Source of the DNA: Parcubacteria group bacterium
Lineage (GTDB): Bacteria; Patescibacteriota; Minisyncoccia; Phycocordibacterales; UBA2100
DNA length: 50,196 bases
Direction: 5' to 3'
Assembly (NCBI GenBank): GCA_943358385.1
Contig: CALRGX010000008.1
Coordinates: 1-50,196, forward strand
Shown here: one piece after another, positions 15,428 to 23,885 of the stretch
Numbering within the stretch: the stretch's first letter is position 1
Layout: every line of letters starts with the position of its first letter
Program-made: the position numbers and the translations under genes
The notes under the pieces: generated by a model
Seen by the model: only the letters and a program-made list of their open reading frames with translations
What the model was told of the DNA's origin: nothing
The model's database searches: none

Positions 15428-16621
15428 ATGGTACAAAAACTGTCCTTCGAGACGGAGAAGATTCGCGCCCAAGAACGGTCCCAGGCATTTCAAGCACTGC
15501 TGCCTCTTGCAGCAATCAACCGGCTGCCGCAGATGCGGGAAACCTTTGATACGCTAGAAGAGCTGAAGACCAGTATCGCCCAGAAGGGGCAGATAGCACC
15601 CGGTGTCGCCGCAGTTCTTACGCCTCATCAGGCGAAAGACTACATCGATGCCATCAATGCTATAAGGCACGCACATAGGTCAATCGATGAGATGACCAGG
15701 ATTCATCTCGATGGGAAGCCACGCTATGTGATTCTGATTGCCGGCGAGCGTCGCTTCCGTGGTTGCGTTGAGTTGGAAGAAGAGCACCCAGGAAAAGGTC
15801 CCATTGGCGCCTACAAGCGCAAATACTGGGTCACCTTGTGCGTGGGTATTAGCGTCGATGAAGCGTTGGAACTGCAGCTGCAGGAAAACCTGCACAAGCC
15901 GGTTCCTCCTGTCGAAGCTGCTGCGTACACACGTGATTTGTATGCGTGGCGGAAAGCTGCACATCCTCAGCTGAGTCTGGCGCAGTTTTCAAAAGACATT
16001 TCGCGATCAGATGGATGGGTGCGCGACGCGCTGCGTTTTTGCGAATTGCCACTTTCCATTCAGGCACTTGCAAAAGAACAGGGTCCGGTAAAGGTGCCGT
16101 TTCAGATGCTGGTCAAGCTCGAACGCTTTGCGTTTCGCATGCGTACTGAAGCGCAGACAATACTCAGCGAGCAAGACCTCCTCTCTCATGTGCATGTCGC
16201 ACTCGCACGCCAGATGAATGCCAAGAAATTTGGTGAGCATCTACAAAGGCTTCTCGAAGCAAAAACGGGTGGCCAAGGCGAACTGTTTTCGGTGCAGGAG
16301 GCAGTGCCTCTGTCTCGTGCCGACACAGAAGAAACACTTTTTCGTGGACTCGTTGGATTCAAATCATATGTGCGTATGGTGGAAACACTACGTGCGCGTG
16401 GCGCATTTGGATCATCGAGCTATATCGAACCGCGTCAGGGTGGTGCAGTGGGTTCAGATACTTCACTGACGCTTCTGGGCGATTTGGGTGAGATATTCCA
16501 AGAGGTGGAAGCTCACACACGAAACCTAGCGGGGCGCACTGCACGAAAGATGGCAAAAGCTGTTCCTGCAGCTGATTCAGTCGCTCGCAATGCGCGACAG
16601 CTCGTAGCCAGTTCCAAGTAA
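15428..16621 (+). CDS. Divergent ParB/Srx-domain protein
   Basis: Q.RETF..LEELKTSI..KGQIAP, LIAGERRFR, LQLQENLH, then an HTH-like segment and an unrecognised C-terminus. Confidence 0.8.
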   Translation: MVQKLSFETEKIRAQERSQAFQALLPLAAINRLPQMRETFDTLEELKTSIAQKGQIAPGVAAVLTPHQAKDYIDAINAIRHAHRSIDEMTRIHLDGKPRYVILIAGERRFRGCVELEEEHPGKGPIGAYKRKYWVTLCVGISVDEALELQLQENLHKPVPPVEAAAYTRDLYAWRKAAHPQLSLAQFSKDISRSDGWVRDALRFCELPLSIQALAKEQGPVKVPFQMLVKLERFAFRMRTEAQTILSEQDLLSHVHVALARQMNAKKFGEHLQRLLEAKTGGQGELFSVQEAVPLSRADTEETLFRGLVGFKSYVRMVETLRARGAFGSSSYIEPRQGGAVGSDTSLTLLGDLGEIFQEVEAHTRNLAGRTARKMAKAVPAADSVARNARQLVASSK

Positions 16622-16627
16622 ACGTTA

Positions 16628-16653
16628 AACCCCGGCCGCATGCGGCCGGGGTT
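16628..16653. terminator. Perfect 26-bp palindrome between convergent genes
   Basis: AACCCCGGCCGCATGCGGCCGGGGTT. Confidence 0.6.
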
Positions 16654-16676
16654 ACTGTTTGTCATATAGTAGATTG

Positions 16677-17720
16677 TCAGGTGCTTTTTTTCGGAAACAC
16701 CCGCGGTGCATCGGGGAACAAATCGCTGCTTTTCAGATGCTTGGGAGGCTGCGGGCGCACACGCGTGAGCTCGAAGTACCCTTTTTGATAGTAGACGTTC
16801 GCCTGTACCGCAATCGTGCAGTACTGCTGCAGTGGGCATGAACCGCACGTGCGCACATAGCGAGTACGCACCTCGGGATTATCCCAATCCACACCCATCA
16901 ATTCACCGTCACGTGTTTCAGTAACGGGAGATTCACTGCAGAGCCTGCTTGAGAGAAGCCACAGTGCATCACCCAGCTCGCGCATGCCGATGTTGTGGCG
17001 TTTCATCAGTACTTTGTATACGTGCTCGCCAATGGGGCGCAGTTCTTCGTACCGTGCTTGTGTTCTACCAGGCACATGGATGGACTGAGTGGCGATTAGG
17101 ATGCGCAAATGATGGAAATCAACCGGCGGAACCGTTTCTTGTGGGAACGGCTGCACGAGTCGGCAGGATTCCAAAAAGTAGGCCAGCATGTTTGCCATCT
17201 TTTTCTGGAAGCCCAAAAAACCGTCCTCGTTCAGATTTCCTGTGCGTCCCTGCAATCGCACCGTAACGCGATTGGTTACGTAGCGGTACAGGTCGCTCTG
17301 CTTGCGAGCTACAGAAAAAATGATGCGCGGGTCACCGTGCCAGTGCAAGACCAGCCGACGGGAATTTTCGATCCACGAGCGGGCGATTTGCTCGCTCTTG
17401 TAGGGAATCATGGCATGCAGGCGCTTCCGCACTTCTTCATACGGTAGCTGCATGGCGTGATGTGGGTCGAAGAATTCCGGAGACTGTGCGTGCAAGCCCA
17501 CAATTTTGCGCATTGCGTACCCACTCTTGATTGTGCCGCGCATGTAGTGGCAGCTGTAAAACAGAATGAGAGCAGCGGTGCCTTTATCGGCACGGAGTGA
17601 TTTAGGCAGCATATCCTGCGGGAGTAGAATGTTTTGGTACGGATATGCCCGCTGTCGATAGGCCTGTACGGCGGTCTGCACCACGAGAGTGGCGCGTCGC
17701 ATCCTGATGCGCTCTTTCAC
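16677..17720 (-). CDS. Divergent HhH-GPD / endonuclease III-like protein with probable [4Fe-4S] motif
   Basis: FLGFQKKMANML (HhH-like), PPVDFHHLRI (cf. PVDTHVxR), LWLLSSRLC...CGSCPLQQYC. AAAGGAGG SD before GTG. Confidence 0.65.
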   Translation of the reverse strand: MKERIRMRRATLVVQTAVQAYRQRAYPYQNILLPQDMLPKSLRADKGTAALILFYSCHYMRGTIKSGYAMRKIVGLHAQSPEFFDPHHAMQLPYEEVRKRLHAMIPYKSEQIARSWIENSRRLVLHWHGDPRIIFSVARKQSDLYRYVTNRVTVRLQGRTGNLNEDGFLGFQKKMANMLAYFLESCRLVQPFPQETVPPVDFHHLRILIATQSIHVPGRTQARYEELRPIGEHVYKVLMKRHNIGMRELGDALWLLSSRLCSESPVTETRDGELMGVDWDNPEVRTRYVRTCGSCPLQQYCTIAVQANVYYQKGYFELTRVRPQPPKHLKSSDLFPDAPRVFPKKST

Positions 17721-17797
17721 GAGTGCCTCCTTTGCTAATGTACAACTGGGCGCATACTAGGGTAGGAAGCATGGCTCCACAAGGAAAGGGAATATGC

Positions 17798-17944
17798 ATG
17801 GCCGATGATACAAAAAAGCTGCCGCCAGTGGTAAAACCACAAATGACGCTGTGCCCGCGGTGCCGCGGCAAGAAAAAATTCTGCAGCATCTGCAGCGGCA
17901 AGCGATGGGTGCCCATAAAAGCACTCGGCATCAAGCGATCATAG
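17798..17944 (+). CDS. DnaJ-type zinc-finger mini-protein 1 (48 aa)
   Basis: CPRCRGK...CSICSGK. Purine-rich SD. 14-bp hairpin at 17970-18000. Start uncertain. Confidence 0.6.
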   Translation: MADDTKKLPPVVKPQMTLCPRCRGKKKFCSICSGKRWVPIKALGIKRS

Positions 17945-18061
17945 GGACGCTTTTGTATGCAGAACACACAAAGAGCTGATGCCGTTGGCATCAGCTCTTT
18001 ACATATTTAAATACCGTGATACAGTATTATTAGACAAGAAATTAAACAGAAGAGAGGTGTC

Positions 18062-18277
18062 ATGACAGCTAACCATAGCGTCGATACGGTAACCAATCCG
18101 TGCAGCAACTGCCGTGGTGTCGGGTCCGTTGTCGTTATGTGCTACAGCCGCGTGTGCCCGGTTTGCCACGGCATCGGTGCGGTCCAAGTACCTCGCCGGA
18201 CCGCTCAGAAGTTTCCAGCGGCCGATGTCGTACAGTTGCTCGACGTGCGCGCCAAACGCCTGCGGAAGGAGTCGTAA
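18062..18277 (+). CDS. DnaJ-type zinc-finger mini-protein 2 (71 aa)
   Basis: CSNCRGVG...CPVCHGIG (two CXXCXGXG). GAGGTG SD. Confidence 0.7.
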   Translation: MTANHSVDTVTNPCSNCRGVGSVVVMCYSRVCPVCHGIGAVQVPRRTAQKFPAADVVQLLDVRAKRLRKES

Positions 18278-18278
18278 G

Positions 18279-18551
18279 ATGCCCATCAAGTTCACCGTAT
18301 TCAGCGGTCCGCATACGTGCGGTCACTGCAACGGAAAAGGCAAGACTGGCTTTTGGCTCTGGAAGAAGGATTGCAGCGCATGCAAAGGTGCGGGCAAGAT
18401 TTTTGTTCCGCCGGAGCAAGTGGTATGGCCAAAAGAGCATGAACGGCCGCGCTCACCGATTCGCCGAGATGAGGCCATCGACGTGGAAGCGGTGCCACCG
18501 GACGCACGGCCTTACATGCACGATCGTCCTCGTCGCCCTCCGCGACGGTAA
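18279..18551 (+). CDS. DnaJ-type zinc-finger mini-protein 3 (90 aa)
   Basis: CGHCNGKG...CSACKGAG. AAGGAG SD. ATG 1 nt after the previous stop. Hairpin at 18584-18610. Confidence 0.7.
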   Translation: MPIKFTVFSGPHTCGHCNGKGKTGFWLWKKDCSACKGAGKIFVPPEQVVWPKEHERPRSPIRRDEAIDVEAVPPDARPYMHDRPRRPPRR

Positions 18552-18662
18552 CGTTTTCGCTCTGGCGGCATGCGCCACAAGGTTTGCCCGAGGCCTCCGG
18601 CCTCGGGCAATTGTTTTATGGAAAAGGTACAACATGCGCCCTGCAGCTGCTATGCTACCTAT

Positions 18663-19355
18663 ATGAAACACGCAGCAAAAGAGCGCGCAGTGCAGTTACG
18701 TAAAGAAGGAAAGACGTATCAAGAAATACGCACGCTAGTGCCGGTTTCAAAATCCACACTCTCGTTGTGGTTGCGCGAAGTGGGGCTCGCCAAACAACAA
18801 GCGCAACGCATTACGGCAAAGAAGCGCGCCGCGCAGAGAAAAGGCGCTGACGCAAAGCATGAACAGCGCCTCCAACGGATGGCGGCCGTCTTTGCCGAAG
18901 CTAAAAAGGATGTGCCAAAACTTTCTCGGCACGATTTGTGGCTATGCGGCGTCCTTCTCTATTGGGGAGAAGGAAGCAAAGAAAAATTATACCGTGGCGG
19001 TCAGCAAATAGATTTCGGGAACACCGATCCAGCGATGATCCGCCTATTTATCCTCTGGCTGCGGCGCATTATGCATGTGCCCGACGAGTTGATTGATTTA
19101 TCGATTTACATACACGAAAGTCATCGGACCCACATTGACCACATCAGTAGATTCTGGCTTGCGATTGCTGACATGCCTCATGGGATCATAAAGTATGTAC
19201 ACTATAAAAAACACAGAGTAGCGACGAAAAGGCATAATACAAGGGAGGAATATCGAGGAACGTTACGCATTCGTGTCCGGAAAAGTATTGCACTTCAGCG
19301 CAAGATTCAGGGGTGGATTTATGGTATAACAGAGGCACTTGGCAGAACCAAGTAA
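18663..19355 (+). CDS. HTH + LAGLIDADG-like protein, tRNA-adjacent
   Basis: N-terminal HTH (LRKEGKTYQEI...VSKSTLSLWLR), then LLYWGEGSK and FGNTDPAMIRLFILWL resembling a LAGLIDADG-fold core. Ends 6 bp before tRNA-Gln. Confidence 0.7.
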   Translation: MKHAAKERAVQLRKEGKTYQEIRTLVPVSKSTLSLWLREVGLAKQQAQRITAKKRAAQRKGADAKHEQRLQRMAAVFAEAKKDVPKLSRHDLWLCGVLLYWGEGSKEKLYRGGQQIDFGNTDPAMIRLFILWLRRIMHVPDELIDLSIYIHESHRTHIDHISRFWLAIADMPHGIIKYVHYKKHRVATKRHNTREEYRGTLRIRVRKSIALQRKIQGWIYGITEALGRTK

Positions 19356-19361
19356 AAAATT

Positions 19362-19432
19362 TGGGGGATCGTCTAACGGTAGGACAGCGCCCTTTGAAGG
19401 CGTTTATCTTGGTTCGATTCCAAGTCCCCCAG
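19362..19432 (+). tRNA. tRNA-Gln(TTG)
   Basis: Acceptor TGGGGGA/TCCCCCA+G, anticodon arm GCGCC-CTTTGAA-GGCGT, T-arm CTTGG-TTCGATT-CCAAG. Confidence 0.95.
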
Positions 19433-19434
19433 CA

Positions 19435-19567
19435 CTTCGACTCGCTTCACTCGCTCAGTGCGGGCACTACGCATCGTGCGAAGAGAAGTGCCCTGAGCTT
19501 GTCGAAGGGTAAGTTTGCATGCCCGCCCATAGCATTTGCGGAGGAGGGAGCTCGTTCGACAAGCTCA
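19435..19567. repeat. REP/MITE-like TTCGAC(AA)GCTCA repeats
   Basis: CTTCGAC..GCTCAG at 19435-19458, inverted CTGAGCTTGTCGAAG at 19493-19507, TTCGACAAGCTCA at 19555-19567. Confidence 0.7.
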
Positions 19568-19613
19568 CTATATAGGTTCGGACTCCGAGGAGTATCTGTG
19601 TTAGATTTAACCT

Positions 19614-19898
19614 GTGAATTTCTTAGAATATCACGAAGGTTGTGGGGCAAGCTTGGGTTGTTTTGGACCAACCGATAACTACTACACATTGTTTGGTACA
19701 GAGTTGCGTTTTTTAGCACCGCCAATAATAATTTCAGTATTGATTGGCTTGTGTGCTTATACTATTTTATTTCTACTAAGAAAAAGAAAGATAATTGAAA
19801 TTTCAACACTACCCTTATTTTTAATAGTGATTGGCATCAGCTCTCTATCTCTATATTTTTCTATAACGCTTTTCGATATAGGTACCGTGCGTTACTAA
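19614..19898 (+). CDS. AT-rich two-TM hypothetical protein
   Basis: Two hydrophobic segments. Visibly lower GC than flanks. TAGATT 6 nt before GTG. Confidence 0.5.
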   Translation: MNFLEYHEGCGASLGCFGPTDNYYTLFGTELRFLAPPIIISVLIGLCAYTILFLLRKRKIIEISTLPLFLIVIGISSLSLYFSITLFDIGTVRY

Positions 19899-20082
19899 AA
19901 CTCCCTGTTCCCACGGAGTGCTAGGGTTGCAGATTTTGAACGCAAAAAGCCCCGTGGGACTTGGTGGTTAAATTTAGGAGACCGAGGAAGTCAGCAAAGA
20001 TACCGTAAGCAGTACAAGATACGATACTCACAGGTATTTGCTTGCAGCGTCATTACGCGTGGTACTGTACTCCTATTGGTCT

Positions 20083-21456
20083 ATGATTTCTCCTGAAAAG
20101 AAAGTGAGCTCTTCGCACAGAATTCCATGGGTAGCAATAGGGCTTCTGCTTCTTGCGGGCGTGATACTTCTCTCGAGCTCCACAGATAGTGGCTTCCAAG
20201 GGCGAGAACTATTGAACATATACGCACCTGCTTACACTTTTTTTAGTATTGCACTAGGAGGAGCTTTTTTGGTCGCGCTGGTACTGTTTGGCTGGGGTGC
20301 GAGTAAGTACCTCATGGCGCAAGACGAAGCTCGAAAACATCAAGGCATGCATCTGATTGTGTGGAGCATAGTCATTTTTGTACTGCTCTGTCTGGTGTGG
20401 TCCAGTATGCATTTATTGCAACCCACATTTAAAGTTACCAGTGCGCAGCCGATGATCCCGAAAAGTATTCAGCTACAACAAGGTTCCTCCGGATACCCAG
20501 CCCCTACGTTGCGTGAATATTCGAGTACAGGGGCAGCTGACCTCATGGCAAAGTCCAGCGCACCGTATGAAGAGACGTCCGTAGGAAGCGTTGCATATCC
20601 ATCGTACATCCAGGCAGCGGACGCATCGATCAACGACACGCGCGAATTTCTGAAAACGAACTACAACGCCGACATGCATTCGCGCGATGTGCAGGGTATC
20701 GTCAAACGTGTCGAAACGACCGTGCGGGGCTACGGTGGTCGTGTCGATCAGACGTCGAGCTCGCCCAAGTTCGGCTCTGTGTCATTTATCGTTTCTGCGG
20801 AAAAGTTCGATGCATTTCGTGACGAGCTTGAGAAGATGGTACCTCCACGCTTCCTTTCGATTCATGTAAATTCGCTGAATCTTCTTCCGCAAAAGCAAAA
20901 CATCGAAGTGCAGCAAGAACATGTAGAGAAAAGTCTTGCCGACTTAGAGTCGGATCGAGCGAAACTCGTTGCCAGTCACTCGGTCACGAGCAAATCACTC
21001 CAATATCAACTTGATTCTCATCTCGCCGCGGCCAGCGCATACGGTTTAGAACTTGGTAATTTGAACATAGAAGTATCCAGCACGGATAGCAGTTCGTATC
21101 GCTATTCTGAAATTATTGCGCGCATAAGCGAAGTCTCCAGGCTCCTCTCAGGATCACGGGCATCCCAGGCAGCTATCCGCACTAAAATTGCCAACGAGAA
21201 CTCATCGTACAGCGCACAGCTGAATTCACTAGATTCAAGAATCAAGTATACAGATCAGAATCTTGAAGGCGTTAAGGCACAAGATCAAAAATTGCTCGAT
21301 GACGTTGCTACGGTGAACGGAACTGTTTCTGTAACGTGGATAAGCATATGGCAGATTGTGCAGCTATACGTGCCCGCGTCATGGATTGCACTCGCGCTCG
21401 CACTTTGCGCCGTAGTTGCCTATTGGTGGCAGCGCCGACGCGAGAGCCTGTCCTAA
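20083..21456 (+). CDS. DUF4349-like membrane protein with N-terminal pilin-like TM hairpin
   Basis: GGRVDQTSS...VSAEKFDAFRDEL, coiled coil and C-terminal TM (DUF4349-like). Three N-terminal hydrophobic segments. Confidence 0.65.
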   Translation: MISPEKKVSSSHRIPWVAIGLLLLAGVILLSSSTDSGFQGRELLNIYAPAYTFFSIALGGAFLVALVLFGWGASKYLMAQDEARKHQGMHLIVWSIVIFVLLCLVWSSMHLLQPTFKVTSAQPMIPKSIQLQQGSSGYPAPTLREYSSTGAADLMAKSSAPYEETSVGSVAYPSYIQAADASINDTREFLKTNYNADMHSRDVQGIVKRVETTVRGYGGRVDQTSSSPKFGSVSFIVSAEKFDAFRDELEKMVPPRFLSIHVNSLNLLPQKQNIEVQQEHVEKSLADLESDRAKLVASHSVTSKSLQYQLDSHLAAASAYGLELGNLNIEVSSTDSSSYRYSEIIARISEVSRLLSGSRASQAAIRTKIANENSSYSAQLNSLDSRIKYTDQNLEGVKAQDQKLLDDVATVNGTVSVTWISIWQIVQLYVPASWIALALALCAVVAYWWQRRRESLS

Positions 21457-21537
21457 CCTCAAGCTGTCCAGTATAGAAGACGTACTTGCACAAGCCGTTA
21501 TACGAACGGGCCCGCAAAAATGCGGGCCCGTGGGCGA

Positions 21538-21888
21538 CTATGCGGCGCGTGAACGCTCAGGAAATGTAGTGACCACAAGGGTGCGTCCGGCTACCTCTTG
21601 TAGGCGCGTCTGTAGGCGCGACAAATTCACCGCACCCAGATGCACATGTGCCCGCAGTTCAGGTTTCCCGTGGATCCCCACACGCACCATGCTGTGTTGA
21701 TGGTAGACAACCACGCAGAAGATATCGGCAACCGTCACCTCGTGCACGTTTTTGTGCTTTCGGATGAAGCTGGCGATAAGACGCAAGCTGTCCTCCAGTC
21801 GTACGATTGCCGTCCGCTTGCCAGCGCAGGCAGCTTCTTTCTGCTCTCGGAACAAATCTTTAAGCAGTATGTTCTTTGGGTCGTCCAT
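21538..21888 (-). CDS. Hypothetical protein (116 aa)
   Basis: ATG 21888 after GAGGG. Hairpin 21506-21531 after the stop. Confidence 0.5.
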   Translation of the reverse strand: MDDPKNILLKDLFREQKEAACAGKRTAIVRLEDSLRLIASFIRKHKNVHEVTVADIFCVVVYHQHSMVRVGIHGKPELRAHVHLGAVNLSRLQTRLQEVAGRTLVVTTFPERSRAA

Positions 21889-22033
21889 GGTTTTCCCTCT
21901 GTGTATGACCGCGCGGAATATAGCACAAGCAGGACTTTTGTGTCGATAAAAGAGATGTCTATATGACGTGAGTAGCACACTGTGTTGGACTGTGCTACAA
22001 CCGCATGAGTTTAAATCGAACCACGGAGGTTAC

Positions 22034-22648
22034 ATGATTCGTTATATCTTTGTGCTCATGAGCACGTTGCTGCTCTCGGGCTGCTACGTCACACAGGAAC
22101 GACTCTTCGGCGAGGACGGAGAAAAAACGCCGCTCACTCCTGGGCAGTATGTGTGCCCCTATGTCGGAAAAACTGATCGCCCCATGACCGTGCGCTATGT
22201 GGCGGACGGGGCGAAACATCAGTACGTCTTCACCATGGATGAGGCATACGACCAAAAAGTGCCGGACTTGTCCGTATTGCGAGGCACGCGTGCGTTCTAC
22301 CACGTGGCGAAAGACATCTACGTGGCAAGCTCAATTCCAGACTTGGAAGGTCCGTCGGGTCAATCGCACAAAGAATACATGAATCAAATCGTGCGCATTA
22401 GTGAACAGAAAATTGAATTCGTGAAGTATGTGGGTGAGCGTTACGGAAGCCAGCCTCCCGTTGAAACGGCGCTCGCCATTCTCAATAATGTGGAGCTCGA
22501 GTATGGGCGTGCAGAAAGCAAAGGATTGGTGTTTCTGAAAGGTTCGCTCGAAGAGATGCGCGATTTCGTGCGAGCGGTTGCTGAAAGAATCGCCGTCAAA
22601 GGTGGACCAGAAGTACACAGCTATGGAGAATGCACACTCCGCCAGTGA
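22034..22648 (+). CDS. Putative lipoprotein
   Basis: GGAGG SD, signal peptide with lipobox LLSGC, hairpin at 22654-22685. Confidence 0.7.
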   Translation: MIRYIFVLMSTLLLSGCYVTQERLFGEDGEKTPLTPGQYVCPYVGKTDRPMTVRYVADGAKHQYVFTMDEAYDQKVPDLSVLRGTRAFYHVAKDIYVASSIPDLEGPSGQSHKEYMNQIVRISEQKIEFVKYVGERYGSQPPVETALAILNNVELEYGRAESKGLVFLKGSLEEMRDFVRAVAERIAVKGGPEVHSYGECTLRQ

Positions 22649-22721
22649 GTTTTTGCACCCCGTCTGCCGATGCAGACGGGGTGTACGTTTTTAGAAAGTC
22701 TAGCAATGGTAGAATGTGCAC

Positions 22722-23147
22722 ATGGCGAAAATAGCGGCTAAAGGAATAGGCAAAGAAATCGTGGTGCCCGCTGATTTGCGTAAAGAGCTGGGGAAGAAAG
22801 CGGCGATTGTGGCGATATGGAAAAGTCTTACCCCGCTTGCGCGGCGCGACTGGATTAGCTGGATAGAATCAGCCAAGCAACCGGAAACGCGTAAGCGCCG
22901 CATCCTGCAAACATCTTCAAAGCTTGCGTCGGGGAAGCGTCGTCCATGCTGCTATGCGGTAGTGCCGATGAATTTATACAAGGCACTCGGTGAGCTGCCC
23001 AAAGCAAAAGCGCAGTGGCAAACACTCTCGGCCGACGAGAAACGCGATTTCGCCGATTGGATTGATGGTGCAAAAACGTCAGGTGAGCGCGCGGTGCGCG
23101 TTGCCAAAGCCATGAACTTGCTTGTGGCAGGGAAGAGACATCCGTAA
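22722..23147 (+). CDS. YdeI/OmpD-associated (OmdA) domain protein, tandem domains
   Basis: VPADL...W.SLTP...WISWIESAKQPETRKRR followed by a second similar repeat. Confidence 0.8.
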   Translation: MAKIAAKGIGKEIVVPADLRKELGKKAAIVAIWKSLTPLARRDWISWIESAKQPETRKRRILQTSSKLASGKRRPCCYAVVPMNLYKALGELPKAKAQWQTLSADEKRDFADWIDGAKTSGERAVRVAKAMNLLVAGKRHP

Positions 23148-23235
23148 GTGCGAGGTGCCATCGTGCTGCGGTATTTGACGTATCACAATATTTGTTTTAT
23201 TGTCACGCCAGTTTCATCCAAAAGAGGACAAAGCC

Positions 23236-23736
23236 ATGTCTGAACAAGGCTTCATCGTGGTTAACAAAAAAGTAGAAGCTCAGGTGCGCGCGAACATGCG
23301 CGTAGAAGACGTGACGCCGGCAGTGCTGACGCTCGTGCGCGCAGCAGTTGCTGTGCACGAGCATGCATTTCACCATCCCGAGGTCTCAAAAGAGATAGTG
23401 CTTGGCGTTGCTGTCGACGGTTTCGATGGTGGGGTAGCGTACCGCGCCAAGTCGCTGGCGCTTCTCAAAGACCGCAAGGCAGCACTAAAAGATGTGCTCG
23501 CGTCGGCCAACCTGCGCCGTGCGTTCGGTTATTCCTACATGCATGCGGCAACCGCAACGGATCCCTCACGCGACGCATTCGTGGCGTTTGTAAGGGATGC
23601 CTGGGATGCCGGGGCGCATCAGTACGCGGTCAACGAATGTACTGTGGAAGGCGGACTCAACAACGAGTACGGTGTGGCTATGTGCTTTGCCTGTCACCTC
23701 GCCATGTGGGGCAAGCAGAAAGGGTTGATCGTGTAG
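23236..23736 (+). CDS. Hypothetical protein (166 aa)
   Basis: GAGGA SD. Hairpin plus T-tract at 23754-23780. Confidence 0.6.
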   Translation: MSEQGFIVVNKKVEAQVRANMRVEDVTPAVLTLVRAAVAVHEHAFHHPEVSKEIVLGVAVDGFDGGVAYRAKSLALLKDRKAALKDVLASANLRRAFGYSYMHAATATDPSRDAFVAFVRDAWDAGAHQYAVNECTVEGGLNNEYGVAMCFACHLAMWGKQKGLIV

Positions 23737-23885
23737 GCGACCCGACGCAATACAAACAGCCGCGCAAAGCGCGGCTGTTTTTCTGTATTCTTTTTTCAAA
23801 CTGGCGACTGATGATAATTGACTAATTGCATAATATATCATATAATACAGTCCAGATTTGCACGTAGGAAACAGGAGACTAACAA

